Shown one piece after another: positions 9,589-19,951 of a stretch of DNA of 64,000 nt. Each line of letters begins with the position of its first letter. The first letter of the stretch is position 1. Source of the DNA: an uncultured Chloroflexia bacterium (GTDB taxonomy: Bacteria > Chloroflexota > Chloroflexia > QHBQ01 > JADMIH01); NCBI GenBank assembly GCA_963797095.1, contig CAWCNY010000002.1, positions 10,063 through 74,062 of the forward strand, written 5' to 3'. The position numbers and the translations under genes were made by a program. The notes under the pieces were generated by a model. The model had not been told where the DNA came from and did not search any database. It saw nothing but the letters and a program-made list of their open reading frames with translations.

Positions 9589-11195
9589 TACTCCCTCACC
9601 AGTGGCAGCACCAGCGAATGCGGTCCACCGTGCCCCCGCGCCAATTCCGACCCCTTTACTTTCAACACCCATTTCTCCTCGTCGTCCAGGCTCAATGTCA
9701 CATCCCCCGTTTGCACATCGTTGATATCGATCACCCTGTAACCTCTCTGCGCAAGTTCGGCGATGGTGCGATCCGCCGACCTGTAAATTATCACCTTACC
9801 CGGCGCGACGGTCAGCAAGTTCACCGCGCTGAACCACTGTTCCCTCTGCTGGTCGGTGGGATCTTGCCCTCCACACAGGATGGGTGTCAGGTCAATCCCG
9901 TCCTTGCGCAGGCTTTCGAAGAAATCCGCCGATCTGCTTGGCCTCACAGGGCCTTCCCCCAACTCTACCCGCACCACATCCACCGAGGCCGGGCCGTATG
10001 GCTCAAATACGGGCGGGTAGATCACGCACTCAGACAGGCTGATCACCCCCAGCACGCTATCCAGGTGGTTGAACCCGGCGGGTAGGCGTAACACATACAG
10101 AACGACCTTCCGCCCATCCTTGATCGCCTGCGCGCGCCATATATCCGCAAGCCTCTGCACCGATTCCATGCTGGTGCGCTCTCCCACTCCCAGCACGGTC
10201 AGGTCATCGCGCAGTTGCACCACGTTACCCCCCTCCATGTACAGCAAAGGAGAGGTGGCTATAGGCCATGCCGGGTCGTTCACCCGCGCATCGGCCCATG
10301 TCCAGCGAGGCACGTCCCTAAATCGTGGGTGATTCTCGTGCACAAAGTCGAGCAGGAGCGGCTCTCGCGTGCGCCCCGGCCCTGCCATCCGGCCCATCAG
10401 CAGCCCATTGCCCACTACAGTGCCAACGTCATGTATGAACATCAGGTTGGGGAGGGGAGTCAAATAGAAAAGCTTGCCCTCGATGAACCGCCTCAGCGCG
10501 TCGGTGTCTTCCTCGGCTATAGGCAGGCCCTTGCCGGGTCTTCGATCATGTCCGTTGTCCTGCGGCCCCGGCCTTTGAGAGGGAGACACGCCACCCACCC
10601 TCGATTCTATGCCCTCCACCAACTCCTCGGCCAGCGATGAGAAATCGCCCGCTTCGCACCATCTAGCCAGCCGGTTTTGCAGGTATGTAAGCTCATCTAC
10701 ATCTTCAACGGCAAGAGGCTTCGTAATAGTACGCTTGCCTCCCGGCCCGCTGGTCCGCAGTTGCGCCAGCAATCCCGGTAATGAGCCGGGCGCTGCTGCC
10801 TCAGGGTCGCCTTCAGGGTCTTGCATGTACTGAGGCCACCCATGCCCTTGAAACCACCTTACCATCACCTCAAGCTGCCCGATCCTTTGTTCCACGGGCG
10901 GCATATCCTGTTCCAATAGCCGCACTTGCGAGATCAGCCTGTCTCGTTCTTCATCACTAGCTGCTGCCAGCGCCTCGGTCAGCAGCGTCTCGAACCTGTG
11001 GATCTTCACCCCCAGGTGATTTTGCAGCACATCGGCCAGCCAGTCGTGCTCCTGCTGGGCGTGCTCGTCGAAAAGGAGATCGTCAAAGAGGAAATAATCG
11101 CGGGTGGAAGGGGTCATCCGCACCAGTTCCCGTCCGGGCCGGTGCATAATCGCCTCGCGGAGGCGTCCGTATTCGGAGGTAATTCTCACGTTCAT
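9588..11195 (-). CDS. Arginine-deiminase-family paralog with a large insertion and no active-site Cys (GGPHSLVLP instead of GGPRCMTMP)
   Basis: N-terminal ITSEYGRLREAIMHRPGRE, with FIHD and FNHLD retained. The C-terminal motif has RCM replaced by HSL. Stop overlaps the downstream ADI start. Confidence 0.65.
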   Translation of the reverse strand: MNVRITSEYGRLREAIMHRPGRELVRMTPSTRDYFLFDDLLFDEHAQQEHDWLADVLQNHLGVKIHRFETLLTEALAAASDEERDRLISQVRLLEQDMPPVEQRIGQLEVMVRWFQGHGWPQYMQDPEGDPEAAAPGSLPGLLAQLRTSGPGGKRTITKPLAVEDVDELTYLQNRLARWCEAGDFSSLAEELVEGIESRVGGVSPSQRPGPQDNGHDRRPGKGLPIAEEDTDALRRFIEGKLFYLTPLPNLMFIHDVGTVVGNGLLMGRMAGPGRTREPLLLDFVHENHPRFRDVPRWTWADARVNDPAWPIATSPLLYMEGGNVVQLRDDLTVLGVGERTSMESVQRLADIWRAQAIKDGRKVVLYVLRLPAGFNHLDSVLGVISLSECVIYPPVFEPYGPASVDVVRVELGEGPVRPSRSADFFESLRKDGIDLTPILCGGQDPTDQQREQWFSAVNLLTVAPGKVIIYRSADRTIAELAQRGYRVIDINDVQTGDVTLSLDDEEKWVLKVKGSELARGHGGPHSLVLPLVRE

Positions 11196-11365
11196 GGCAA
11201 TCTACGACGCTGTAGTATCCTGTGGGCTGGGCCAGCCTGCTCAGAAGCATCTCGACCATTTTACCGTACTTGCCACTCCCCCGCCATACACAACCCGTCA
11301 GCGCATGTTCAGACCTGCGGTGAATCTTCTCCACCTGGATCTGAATGCTCGCACCCCTCAATACG

Positions 11366-12253
11366 CTATGAAAGCTCAGGATTGCCCTCTCTCCCTGGCG
11401 CGGCCCGAAAATCGCCCGATCTGCTCGGGTAAGTTGCGGGGTCAAATATATCAAAGCTCCCCGGCCCGGGCAAAGTAATACTCAAGCAATGCAAAGCCAG
11501 GCGCACCCACATCCGCTCCCTCAATTGCTCGATATCCTGATACCCCGCGCACCCCAAAAAGCGCCCCCACAACTCCGGCGGATAATACCACCAGAGCAAC
11601 GCTCCCAGGTCCAGCGCCGGGTCATCAAGCCCCATTGCATCCAGGTCTACAAGGTAAATGCGCCCATCCGTCGCGAATATCCAGTTGTCCCAGCAAATAT
11701 CTCCGTGCGAGGCCACCAACCCATCGCCCTCGAATTGTCCTATCTTCTGCTCAAGCCGGTCAAGCGAAGCCTCAACAAAATCGGCCACCTCAGCCGCAGC
11801 CCCGTCCCTAACCTGCTCCCAGCGAGCCTGCACCCGCCCTACTGCCCGAATCCCCGCCTCTGCATACCCCTCCGGCACCACAGGGAGCAGCACGCCCAGC
11901 ACACCCGGCGCGCGATGCATCTCACCTACGATACGCGCCACATTCTCCAATCTTTCCCTGTAATCCAGGCGGTCAGGATGCTTTCCATCGATAAACTCTT
12001 GTACCACCACAACACTTCTATCCTCAAGCGCCTCAACTCCCACCACAGGCGGACAAAGTCCCACCTCCGACATAGCAAGCACCCGCCCAACATCCGCCCC
12101 CACCTTAATAAACCAACGCCTCTCTCCATCGTAAGCCACATAAGTCTCCTGCCCGCTCCCGCGCGGCAAAGCCAGGCTCCACCCCAGCGTACCCGAAGTC
12201 CGCTCCAGGCAAGCCCCAACCTCAACCTCATGCAGGCGACGCTCAAACCCCAT
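11366..12253 (-). CDS. Aminoglycoside-phosphotransferase (APH)-family kinase
   Basis: HGDICWDNW catalytic-loop motif and DLD motif. The track ORF extends to 12475, but the upstream part is encoded by a 20-bp tandem repeat (TIRHWWG twice). ATG at 12253 gives a typical APH N-terminus. Confidence 0.6.
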   Translation of the reverse strand: MGFERRLHEVEVGACLERTSGTLGWSLALPRGSGQETYVAYDGERRWFIKVGADVGRVLAMSEVGLCPPVVGVEALEDRSVVVVQEFIDGKHPDRLDYRERLENVARIVGEMHRAPGVLGVLLPVVPEGYAEAGIRAVGRVQARWEQVRDGAAAEVADFVEASLDRLEQKIGQFEGDGLVASHGDICWDNWIFATDGRIYLVDLDAMGLDDPALDLGALLWWYYPPELWGRFLGCAGYQDIEQLRERMWVRLALHCLSITLPGPGSFDIFDPATYPSRSGDFRAAPGREGNPELS

Positions 12254-12492
12254 CCCCAACAAATCCCCTACCCCCAAAAACCACCCGAAAGTACACCCCA
12301 AAACCTGTCCAGTTTTCCCCCACCAATGCCTTATAGTTCCCCACCAATGCCTAATAGTTAATGAGGGCAAGACCAGCTGTATAACCCCACAAACACCAGA
12401 ATCTCGATCAACCACTGCCCAAAGGTCCACACACTCTAAGCCAATAGTCCGAACCGGCCACTCGTCACTCGTCACTCGTCACTCGTCACTCG

Positions 12493-15400
12493 TCACTCAT
12501 ACCGCAACGCCTCAGCCGGGTAGATGTTCGCCGCTTGACGAGCCGGGGCCACCGTCGTCACAAGCGACACCAGGTAAGCCACCCCGATGATCAGGATAAG
12601 TTGCCCCCAGGGCGCTTGCCAGGTAAGTGTAGGCGAGTCGTTCTTGAGGAACTGCACAAAGTTCCACGAAGTAATGAGGCCAAGCCCGGTGCCGACCAGT
12701 ATGCCCAGCAGAGCGATGAACGACGACTCCAACAGGAAGGATGTGCCAACCATGCCACGCTGATAACCGATCGCCCTCAATACCCCTATCTGCTGGCGGC
12801 GTTCCACTACGGCCCGCGTACTGATCACACCCAGCGCCGCCACTCCAACCAGCAGGCCAAGCGCCATAAAACCCTGCAACAGCCCGTTTAGTGTATCGCC
12901 TGCTGCCTGCTGCTGCCGGATCGTATCCGAAATCACCGTAGGCTCAAGCCCATTGTTGAGGAAGGCTGTGCCTAGAGCACGGCGCAACTGCCCGGCATCC
13001 TCTCCTGGCTTGATGCGGAAGAAATATGTGCTGGGAGCTACGGGCACGCTCGGCGGTGCCACCTGTGAAGCCAGCGCCCTGTTCACATACATCCCGGTGT
13101 AGAACTGAGCATCCCGGCTCAACACCCCGATCACCTTCACCTTGACCGTGGGCGCGTTCGGCAAACCGGGCACTCTCATCTCGATCTCCGGAACCTTTGT
13201 CATCACAGGCTTGTTCGGGTCGACTCCCGTGATCACGAACGTACCACCGGCCCCGCCGAAAGTGGCTGTGGCCTGTCCGATGATCACAGGCAGACTATCC
13301 ACCACCACCAGTGTGGGGTCTTTGGCAACCGCCTCCCAGACCTCACGGTCCGAGTTGTACCCCTCGGCTCGCATACCTAGCTCAAACTCGTTGTTGTTGA
13401 TAAACTCATCGTCCACCAGCCGCGCGTTATAGTACCGCCACCCTGCCGCCAGGTCGGGGTTGTTTGCCAGTTGCTGCTGGTTACGAGTGTTGCTGGTGGT
13501 AGTAATCCCGTTTGTCTGGAGCATCTCCATCGGCACAAGCGTCTGCCCCGTCACCGACGCGAACTTCCCGCTCAGGTTGGGGTTGGCAGCTATAGCGGCG
13601 TTGATGTCAGGGATGGGATTGGAGTAAGACGCTGCGGCCTGTATCTGGTAGCCGCCTGTAATGTTGGGCTTGTTGGGGTCTGCCTGCTGGTTCAGATTCG
13701 TCAGTACCGACATCAGGATCAGCACGAACATGATCAGGGCGAACATGGCAATCGCCATCCCCGTGCGGAAAATAGCCGCCGCCGGGTAAGCCACCGCCGT
13801 CTTGAGCACCGGCCTCATGCGGCCAACTCGCCCAAGGAGCATGCTCATCACTCCCAGCAGGATATCGGTGTTGTAGATGATCACCCACACAGCCCCGGCA
13901 ACCATAGCGAGGCCCGCCACGAAAAAATACTCGATGCCAAGCCCGAAGGCCGGGATGCCGAACCAAGCGTGCAGGGTATCGACCGGCAAGGCCCAGTAGA
14001 TCACCAGCAACAGACCTGTGATCGTATAAGCGATGCGGTCTCGGCGTGCCGGGCGCACTCTGCGGCGCGCCAGGAACCATCGTATCGAGAAGCCGAAACC
14101 AATGATGAAGAGCGTGGCTCCTGTATGGAAGAAGAAGCCACCATCGGTCCACCAACCAAGGGCCATAAGGAGGACACCCAGCGTGCACGCTACCGGCCCG
14201 CTGAAAAAGACCGCCAGCAGCAGACCAATAAACGCTCCTATACATCCCATAGGCTGACCCGCGCCCAACAAATCAAAAGGCTCGATTAACCGGTCAAGAA
14301 GCCGCTTCTCAGGCTTGGGCGCGTCCGGGATGTCGCGAATAGCCGCCACGATGTTGAGCCGGGACACCCGCACAGCCGAGACCGCCACCGTCAGGAATGT
14401 GACGAGCATTCCCAGGCAGTAGGCCACGATGATCGAGCGAATCTCGATGTGTGGAGTGAGATTGAAACCGAACGAGCCGAACACACCGGAGATGAGGCCG
14501 ACCATCGCGAAGCCAACGCCTACACCGAGGGCCGCACCAACGGCGGCAGCCGCCAGATCGTAGGCCATTCCCTCGAACACAAACATCTGAGTAAGCTGGC
14601 CGCGCTGAGTGCCGATAGCGCGGGCCATGCCCATTTCGCTCTTGCGCTCAGCGGCCAGCATTGTAAAGATAAGGAAGATAAGAAGCACCCCGGCGGCGAT
14701 GGAGAAGAGCGCCGTGCCCAGGAAGATGGTGGTAAAGAGATTGCCGATCAGGTTGGCGGTGTCCAGGTTGTCCTGCTTCACCTCCGAGATGCTGTAGATG
14801 CTCGTATCCAGGATGGTTTTCAACTTATCCGACACTTCATCGCTGTACTTTAGCCCATCCAACTCACCGCCCTTCAACGAGATGTTGATAACGCTGATCT
14901 GTCCTGGGCTGTTATACAGTTGCTGCATATCGCTCAGTGTGATGAAGCACACCGGATACTGGCTGCTAGGTGAGGCAATACCGAGGATGTCGCGCACGGT
15001 GAAGGTCATCGTCTGCCCGTTCACCACAATGTTGACCTTGTGCCCTATCTGCGCATTGAGCTTGTCGGCGGCAGACTTGTCAAGCAGGACCTGGCCCGAC
15101 TGGAGATCAGCCGGGTTGAACGATCCCCCGGCCAGGGTGGTAAAGTCTCCTGTGGTCTGGCGGGCATCGGCGGTAATACCCGTGACGAAGGTTTGCCCCG
15201 ATCCCTGTTGCGAATCCGTATCGATCAAGGGACCAATCTGCTGTAACTCGGCAGACCAACCATCGATCAGGTCGTCATTGCCCCATTTGGTCTTGAGCTG
15301 ATCCAGGAAGCTTGCGTCAAAGGTAGGCTGAGGTCGGTTGAAGTCGGGCGGGCCGTTAAAGGCAATGATCGGGTTGACCTTCTCAATCGTGATGTCCGTG

Positions 15401-15669
15401 CCACCAAGCCCTGCCGTGAAGGCCTGGCGCATCGAGTAGGTCATCGTGTCGCCCGTACCGAAGGCTGCCGTAATCAGCAGTGTTGCAAGCATAAGCCCGA
15501 ACACGATCAGCACCGTTTGCGCCCGCCGTCGTGGTATGTTCCGCAGCGCCAACCGCAAAATTAATGGGTTTCGCCACGCGAAAAATGCCAGGAACGCGAG
15601 CACGATAATGCTGATCACCAGCATGACTATCATGATCACGTCCATCGAAAGGCCAAATACGGTTTCCAT
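12493..15669 (-). CDS. ABC transporter permease with two FtsX-like domains (MacB/YknZ-type exporter permease, 1058 aa)
   Basis: Two blocks of 4-TM FtsX-like helices separated by large extracytoplasmic domains. Lies downstream of a MacB-type ATPase. Confidence 0.8.
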   Translation of the reverse strand: METVFGLSMDVIMIVMLVISIIVLAFLAFFAWRNPLILRLALRNIPRRRAQTVLIVFGLMLATLLITAAFGTGDTMTYSMRQAFTAGLGGTDITIEKVNPIIAFNGPPDFNRPQPTFDASFLDQLKTKWGNDDLIDGWSAELQQIGPLIDTDSQQGSGQTFVTGITADARQTTGDFTTLAGGSFNPADLQSGQVLLDKSAADKLNAQIGHKVNIVVNGQTMTFTVRDILGIASPSSQYPVCFITLSDMQQLYNSPGQISVINISLKGGELDGLKYSDEVSDKLKTILDTSIYSISEVKQDNLDTANLIGNLFTTIFLGTALFSIAAGVLLIFLIFTMLAAERKSEMGMARAIGTQRGQLTQMFVFEGMAYDLAAAAVGAALGVGVGFAMVGLISGVFGSFGFNLTPHIEIRSIIVAYCLGMLVTFLTVAVSAVRVSRLNIVAAIRDIPDAPKPEKRLLDRLIEPFDLLGAGQPMGCIGAFIGLLLAVFFSGPVACTLGVLLMALGWWTDGGFFFHTGATLFIIGFGFSIRWFLARRRVRPARRDRIAYTITGLLLVIYWALPVDTLHAWFGIPAFGLGIEYFFVAGLAMVAGAVWVIIYNTDILLGVMSMLLGRVGRMRPVLKTAVAYPAAAIFRTGMAIAMFALIMFVLILMSVLTNLNQQADPNKPNITGGYQIQAAASYSNPIPDINAAIAANPNLSGKFASVTGQTLVPMEMLQTNGITTTSNTRNQQQLANNPDLAAGWRYYNARLVDDEFINNNEFELGMRAEGYNSDREVWEAVAKDPTLVVVDSLPVIIGQATATFGGAGGTFVITGVDPNKPVMTKVPEIEMRVPGLPNAPTVKVKVIGVLSRDAQFYTGMYVNRALASQVAPPSVPVAPSTYFFRIKPGEDAGQLRRALGTAFLNNGLEPTVISDTIRQQQAAGDTLNGLLQGFMALGLLVGVAALGVISTRAVVERRQQIGVLRAIGYQRGMVGTSFLLESSFIALLGILVGTGLGLITSWNFVQFLKNDSPTLTWQAPWGQLILIIGVAYLVSLVTTVAPARQAANIYPAEALRYE

Positions 15670-15705
15670 AGACTCTCCCCTGCCGAACCTGTCGGAGCAT
15701 GGCCC

Positions 15706-15801
15706 GGTACACGAAGAAACGAAGAGTGTCGAAGATCACGAAGCTAAATAAGTACCCTGATCAATTCTTCGTGTTCTTCTTATCTCCTTCGTTTCTTCGT
15801 G
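15706..15801. repeat. 18-bp perfect inverted repeat (gtacacgaagaaacgaag / cttcgtttcttcgtgtac) between the ABC ATPase and permease genes
   Basis: Arms at 15706-15723 and 15784-15801 flank about 60 bp. Strong stem-loop potential in the intercistronic region. Confidence 0.7.
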
Positions 15802-15820
15802 TACAAACAAAATCGGATAA

Positions 15821-16618
15821 TTATCGAACCGCAGTAGTGGGCTCGCCGAGCGACTCTGGTGCGCCAAGCCCATAATCCTCGATGTGGCCGTCGCGCATCC
15901 TAATGATGCGGTTGGCCATCGCCCCTATCTCCGCCGCATGTGTAACCAGCACGAAGGTCTGGCGGTTTTCGCGGTTGAGACGGACCAGCAGGTCCATTAT
16001 CTCGGCGGAGGTCTCGCTGTCAAGGTCGCCCGTCGGCTCGTCCGCCCAGATGATAGAGGGGTTGTTGGCAAGCGCGCGCGCTATCGTCACGCGCTGCTGC
16101 TGCCCTCCCGATAACTCTGCCGGGCGGTGGTTCAGCCTATCGCTTAACGACACCATCTCCAACGCATCCATGGCGCGCTTGCGCGCATCGGCAGCCGACC
16201 TACCTGACACCAGCATCGGCAATTCCACGTTCTCCACAGCGGAAAGCACGGGCAGCAGATTGTAAAATTGGAAGACAAAGCCCATCTTGCGCGCTCGCAG
16301 GTCGGTCTTCTGGCGGTCGCTCATCGATTGGAGCGGGATGCCGTCTATCTTGATCTCGCCCGAATCGATGCTATCCAGGCCGGTCAGGCAGTTCAGAAGG
16401 GTGGTCTTGCCGCACCCGGAAGGGCCCATAATCGCGGCCATCTCGCCACGCACAATCTGGAGGTCAATGCCACGCAAGGCATGTACCTGCACGCTCCCCG
16501 TGTCATATGTCTTATGCACCCCACGTGCTCCCACAATGATATCCAGGGGTGCCTGGGGCATATTGGGCATAGGCATAGGCAGAGTCTGAGCGCCTGGGTT
16601 CGTACCATCGATGTTCAT
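15821..16618 (-). CDS. ABC transporter ATP-binding protein (MacB/LolD-type)
   Basis: Walker [13 protein letters not shown] signature LSGGQQQRV, Walker [13 protein letters not shown]. Start uncertain (ATG at 16618, or upstream up to 16684). Confidence 0.85.
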   Translation of the reverse strand: MNIDGTNPGAQTLPMPMPNMPQAPLDIIVGARGVHKTYDTGSVQVHALRGIDLQIVRGEMAAIMGPSGCGKTTLLNCLTGLDSIDSGEIKIDGIPLQSMSDRQKTDLRARKMGFVFQFYNLLPVLSAVENVELPMLVSGRSAADARKRAMDALEMVSLSDRLNHRPAELSGGQQQRVTIARALANNPSIIWADEPTGDLDSETSAEIMDLLVRLNRENRQTFVLVTHAAEIGAMANRIIRMRDGHIEDYGLGAPESLGEPTTAVR

Positions 16619-16782
16619 GTGCGTTGCATTCTCCTTCCCTCGTGCGCAATTGAGAGCGGGTGTGTTCATTCCCGTATATACCAACGATAATCATACGGAA
16701 TTTCTTGGTCCTGCGTTTCATAAAGACGTGGAACATTATAACAGGTCATGAAATAATAAACAGGATTAGCCCCCTTCTTTGG

Positions 16783-16821
16783 AGCAAACAAAAAGGGCCT
16801 TAGCACGGCCCTTTTTGTTTG
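16783..16821 (-). terminator. Rho-independent terminator hairpin downstream of the secreted-protein gene
   Basis: Perfect 16-bp stem gcaaacaaaaagggcc / ggccctttttgtttgc with a 7-nt loop, 10 bp after the stop at 16832. Confidence 0.6.
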
Positions 16822-16831
16822 CTTTCCTTTC

Positions 16832-18598
16832 TCAGGGGAGCCATCCACGCACTCGTAATAGATCCACACCCAACAACCCCAGCAATACGCGGGATTCTGG
16901 CGATACCTCTGGGTGGTATTCCAGGCGACTGCGCTCGAAATATTGCACCAGGTATGGCTTCCCGTCGGTTTTGTTCGGCTCCACGAACGGTTCCGAGATC
17001 GGATATCCGTACACTGCCAACCCGCCATGCTCTTGCCAGTATTGCGCAAGCTCAGGCGCGAGCGTATGCCCTGTCTCCTTGAAGTAGATTACCCCGGCCT
17101 GCGTGGGCGCTGGCACAGGTTGGAACGCGGCTTCACTCTCGCGTCCTTTAGTCACCTCGCGACCCAACAATCCCAGCAACACGTCATAAGGAGGGCTGTT
17201 CTGAGGATGCCACTCCATACGCGCGCGCTCGAACCACTGAGTCGTATACACTTTCCCATCGGTCAGCGAAACTTCCTCATACTGCTCGGTAATTGGATAA
17301 CCGAACTGCGCCAGCCCACCGTGCTCCAGCCAGTAGTCCTTAAACCCACCCAACAGGGTATGCCCCACCAACGGGAAATACATTATGCCGGAATGATGGG
17401 GATCGGGTAGACGCTGGGTCGGCGGCGGCGTAGAAGGCGGCGGGAGCGTTGGAACAGCCGTTGCCACGGGAGGCGGTAGTTGCGTTCCGTACCCATAAGC
17501 CAGCATAATCCCCGATCCGACCGCCAGCACGTGGCTCTCATCGAACGCGCTGACAGAGACAAGCACCGGATTGCCCGGCTGATGCCCCAGGTCAGGCAGC
17601 GTCTCATTGTGCCAGGCCCCATCGTGATAGTGTATGATCAGCGGACCCCCAATCGACCCATCGGTGATGCTTCTGTACCCGCCCACGGCCCAGCCGTTAT
17701 TCGCGTCGGTGAAAGTCACGCTGTTCAATATGGCAGGCACGATAGGATCGCCGGGCGCACCCACAATAGTCTGATCAGGCAGCACTGCCGACCACACACC
17801 ATCCCTTCTATGTGCCGCAAATATCTCCGAGCCACAGGTGGCACAAGGCGACCTCCATCCAACTGCCCACCCCTCGTCCGCACTGATGGCGCGCACCGCC
17901 ATGTACCCGCCAATACAGGTTGTGTCCGGACACCAGGGCGGCAAAGTCTCGCTTGACCACGTGCCATCGTGGTAATGCCATATACCCGAAAAACTGACTG
18001 CCAAGCCTCCATCTGCTGTAAAGTGCAAGCCTGTGATCGGGTCCTCTCCGTCTATACCCGGCACTTGCTCCCATTGGCCTCCGCTGTAATGGAGGATAAT
18101 AGGCCGCCAGGGCCTGTTAGGATTGGCCTGCCCGGGCCATATACCTCCAGCCGCCCAACCTTCACCGCCATCGCCCAACATCTGGATGGTGGCGATAGAG
18201 GCGTTCACAGGCGGAAAACTCACGGGACGCCATTCCTGCCCATCGTAATGCACGATCCCTTTGGGGCCTGCCGCCCAGATATTGTCGTCTGAAATCACCG
18301 CCAGCTTGCCAATCTCCATATCATGTACGATATCCTGCTTCACAACCTGCCAGCTTGAACCATCCCAATGCACCTTCGTAACACATGAAGTGTTGTCGAT
18401 CCCGCTCGATACCCAGGCGGTGTTCTGGTCCGTCATAAACACATTGCCTGCTTCGCACAGACGCAGGTTGTAAGGGTATGACCACACACCCGATCCGGTC
18501 TGCGCCACAGCAGACGGAACAACCAGCGAAGTGGCAATACCCGAAGTCGCCACCATAAGAACGAGAATCAAAGAGCTAATCAGACGAAAATTACTCAT
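16832..18598 (-). CDS. Secreted protein: signal peptide, Trp/Gly-rich beta-propeller-like (BNR/Ycf48-like) domain, two C-terminal ~60-aa LGFP-like repeats
   Basis: ATG at 18598 with RBS GGGAGG. N-terminal hydrophobic signal ending AVAQ. Tandem C-terminal repeats YWxEHGGLAxFGYPIxExxxE...QxFERxRxExHP. Confidence 0.5.
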   Translation of the reverse strand: MSNFRLISSLILVLMVATSGIATSLVVPSAVAQTGSGVWSYPYNLRLCEAGNVFMTDQNTAWVSSGIDNTSCVTKVHWDGSSWQVVKQDIVHDMEIGKLAVISDDNIWAAGPKGIVHYDGQEWRPVSFPPVNASIATIQMLGDGGEGWAAGGIWPGQANPNRPWRPIILHYSGGQWEQVPGIDGEDPITGLHFTADGGLAVSFSGIWHYHDGTWSSETLPPWCPDTTCIGGYMAVRAISADEGWAVGWRSPCATCGSEIFAAHRRDGVWSAVLPDQTIVGAPGDPIVPAILNSVTFTDANNGWAVGGYRSITDGSIGGPLIIHYHDGAWHNETLPDLGHQPGNPVLVSVSAFDESHVLAVGSGIMLAYGYGTQLPPPVATAVPTLPPPSTPPPTQRLPDPHHSGIMYFPLVGHTLLGGFKDYWLEHGGLAQFGYPITEQYEEVSLTDGKVYTTQWFERARMEWHPQNSPPYDVLLGLLGREVTKGRESEAAFQPVPAPTQAGVIYFKETGHTLAPELAQYWQEHGGLAVYGYPISEPFVEPNKTDGKPYLVQYFERSRLEYHPEVSPESRVLLGLLGVDLLRVRGWLP

Positions 18599-18703
18599 AG
18601 TGGGCCTCCCGCGCGCAATCCAAAGCGCCACCAACTGACCGGAATCTCTTTCCGCCCCATTACTATGACGTCTGATACAATTGCAGGTTCTGTCTGGAAG
18701 CCG

Positions 18704-19951
18704 TTATTCAGCCCCCGGCTGTAGCCTCAGTCCGGCGCGTTCTCGCCTCAATAGAAGAGGCGCGGACACAGCAGCGGCCAGCAGGCAAATACCCCCGGCA
18801 ACCAGCGGAGGCGTAAGCAGTCCCGCGCCATCGGCGATCAGGCTGAACAGCAGCGGGCCCGCCGCGAACCCGATAGACCCCGCCAGGTTGAAGCCGCCCA
18901 TCGCTACCCCGCGCTCGCTCTTGCCCGCGTAATCGCCCACCAGCGCGATAGAAGGTGGATAGAGCACCGCCCCGCTAAGCCCGCCAATCGCCATCACCAC
19001 ATACAGCATTTCAGGTGATACCCGCCCCAACAGCAACAACATCAACCCGTAGACGACCGTGCCCGCAAGCATAGGCCGCACCCGCCCCAACCTGTCCGAC
19101 AGCACTCCACCCAGCGGCGAGAATAGCGCGAAGCCCGCCAGGAACACCGCCAGGTAAATGCCCGTTTGAGATGCCTTCAGCCCGTAAACCTGGGCCGCCA
19201 GCACCGGAAACTGCCCCACGAAGAAACCTACCGTCAGCCTATCAAGCAGCGAAAAGGCATAGGGGATATACAAACGTGGGTTGCGCCGCACAGTCGCCAG
19301 CGCATCCTGCACCGAAAAGGCATGCGTAACGGTCGGCGTATCACGTACCAACAGCACCACAGCCGCCGCCATAGCCAGCAAGAGCGATCCGCCCAAAAGA
19401 AACGGCGCATCATAGCCAACATTGGTAGCCAGCACGCCCCCCAACGGCGCACCACCGGCGTTCCCTATCAACATGCCCAGCGTGAACACACCAAGCGTCA
19501 TCCCGCGCCGCGAGCTTGGGGCCATATCGAGCGCCATCGTCATCAGCATTGACACCACAGCGATAGCGAACGAGCCTTCTATAAACCTCGCAAGGTAAAG
19601 CAGCCAGATATTCGGCACGTAAGGGATGATGAAGTACATCACACCTTGCCCCACCACCCCCATCAGCAGAAACGGCTTGCGCTTGCCGCGCCTGTCCGAC
19701 AGCGCACCCCATACAAACGCGAACGGAATGTAAGCCGCGAAGTGAAACGTAGTGAACAGACCCTTGGCCGTATTCTCCAGGCCGAGGTTGGCCCCGCCCT
19801 CCGGCAGCAGCCTCCCCACGAACCCGTCCAGCTGTGCTACCGGCAGGGTAAGGGTGAACATAGCCACCAACATCACTACCGCCAGCAAGATCAACTGCCC
19901 AACATTCAGCCTTTCAGGCTCTGTATCTCCCTCTGCACTCATCTTTTGCAT
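18704..19951 (-). CDS. MFS transporter
   Basis: 415 aa with 12 predicted TM helices and a D-R-x-G-R-[KR] motif (SDRRGKRK) after TM2. Confidence 0.8.
   Translation of the reverse strand: MQKMSAEGDTEPERLNVGQLILLAVVMLVAMFTLTLPVAQLDGFVGRLLPEGGANLGLENTAKGLFTTFHFAAYIPFAFVWGALSDRRGKRKPFLLMGVVGQGVMYFIIPYVPNIWLLYLARFIEGSFAIAVVSMLMTMALDMAPSSRRGMTLGVFTLGMLIGNAGGAPLGGVLATNVGYDAPFLLGGSLLLAMAAAVVLLVRDTPTVTHAFSVQDALATVRRNPRLYIPYAFSLLDRLTVGFFVGQFPVLAAQVYGLKASQTGIYLAVFLAGFALFSPLGGVLSDRLGRVRPMLAGTVVYGLMLLLLGRVSPEMLYVVMAIGGLSGAVLYPPSIALVGDYAGKSERGVAMGGFNLAGSIGFAAGPLLFSLIADGAGLLTPPLVAGGICLLAAAVSAPLLLRRERAGLRLQPGAE

Noticed and set aside
11489-12361. 290-aa plus-strand ORF, Pro/Gln/His-rich
   Set aside because: It is antisense to the APH-family kinase gene. 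Its composition reflects GC-rich codon complements, and it has no RBS or motifs.
13471-14289. 272-aa plus-strand ORF rich in His/Arg/Gln
   Set aside because: It is antisense to the FtsX-type permease gene and is a typical GC-skew shadow ORF.
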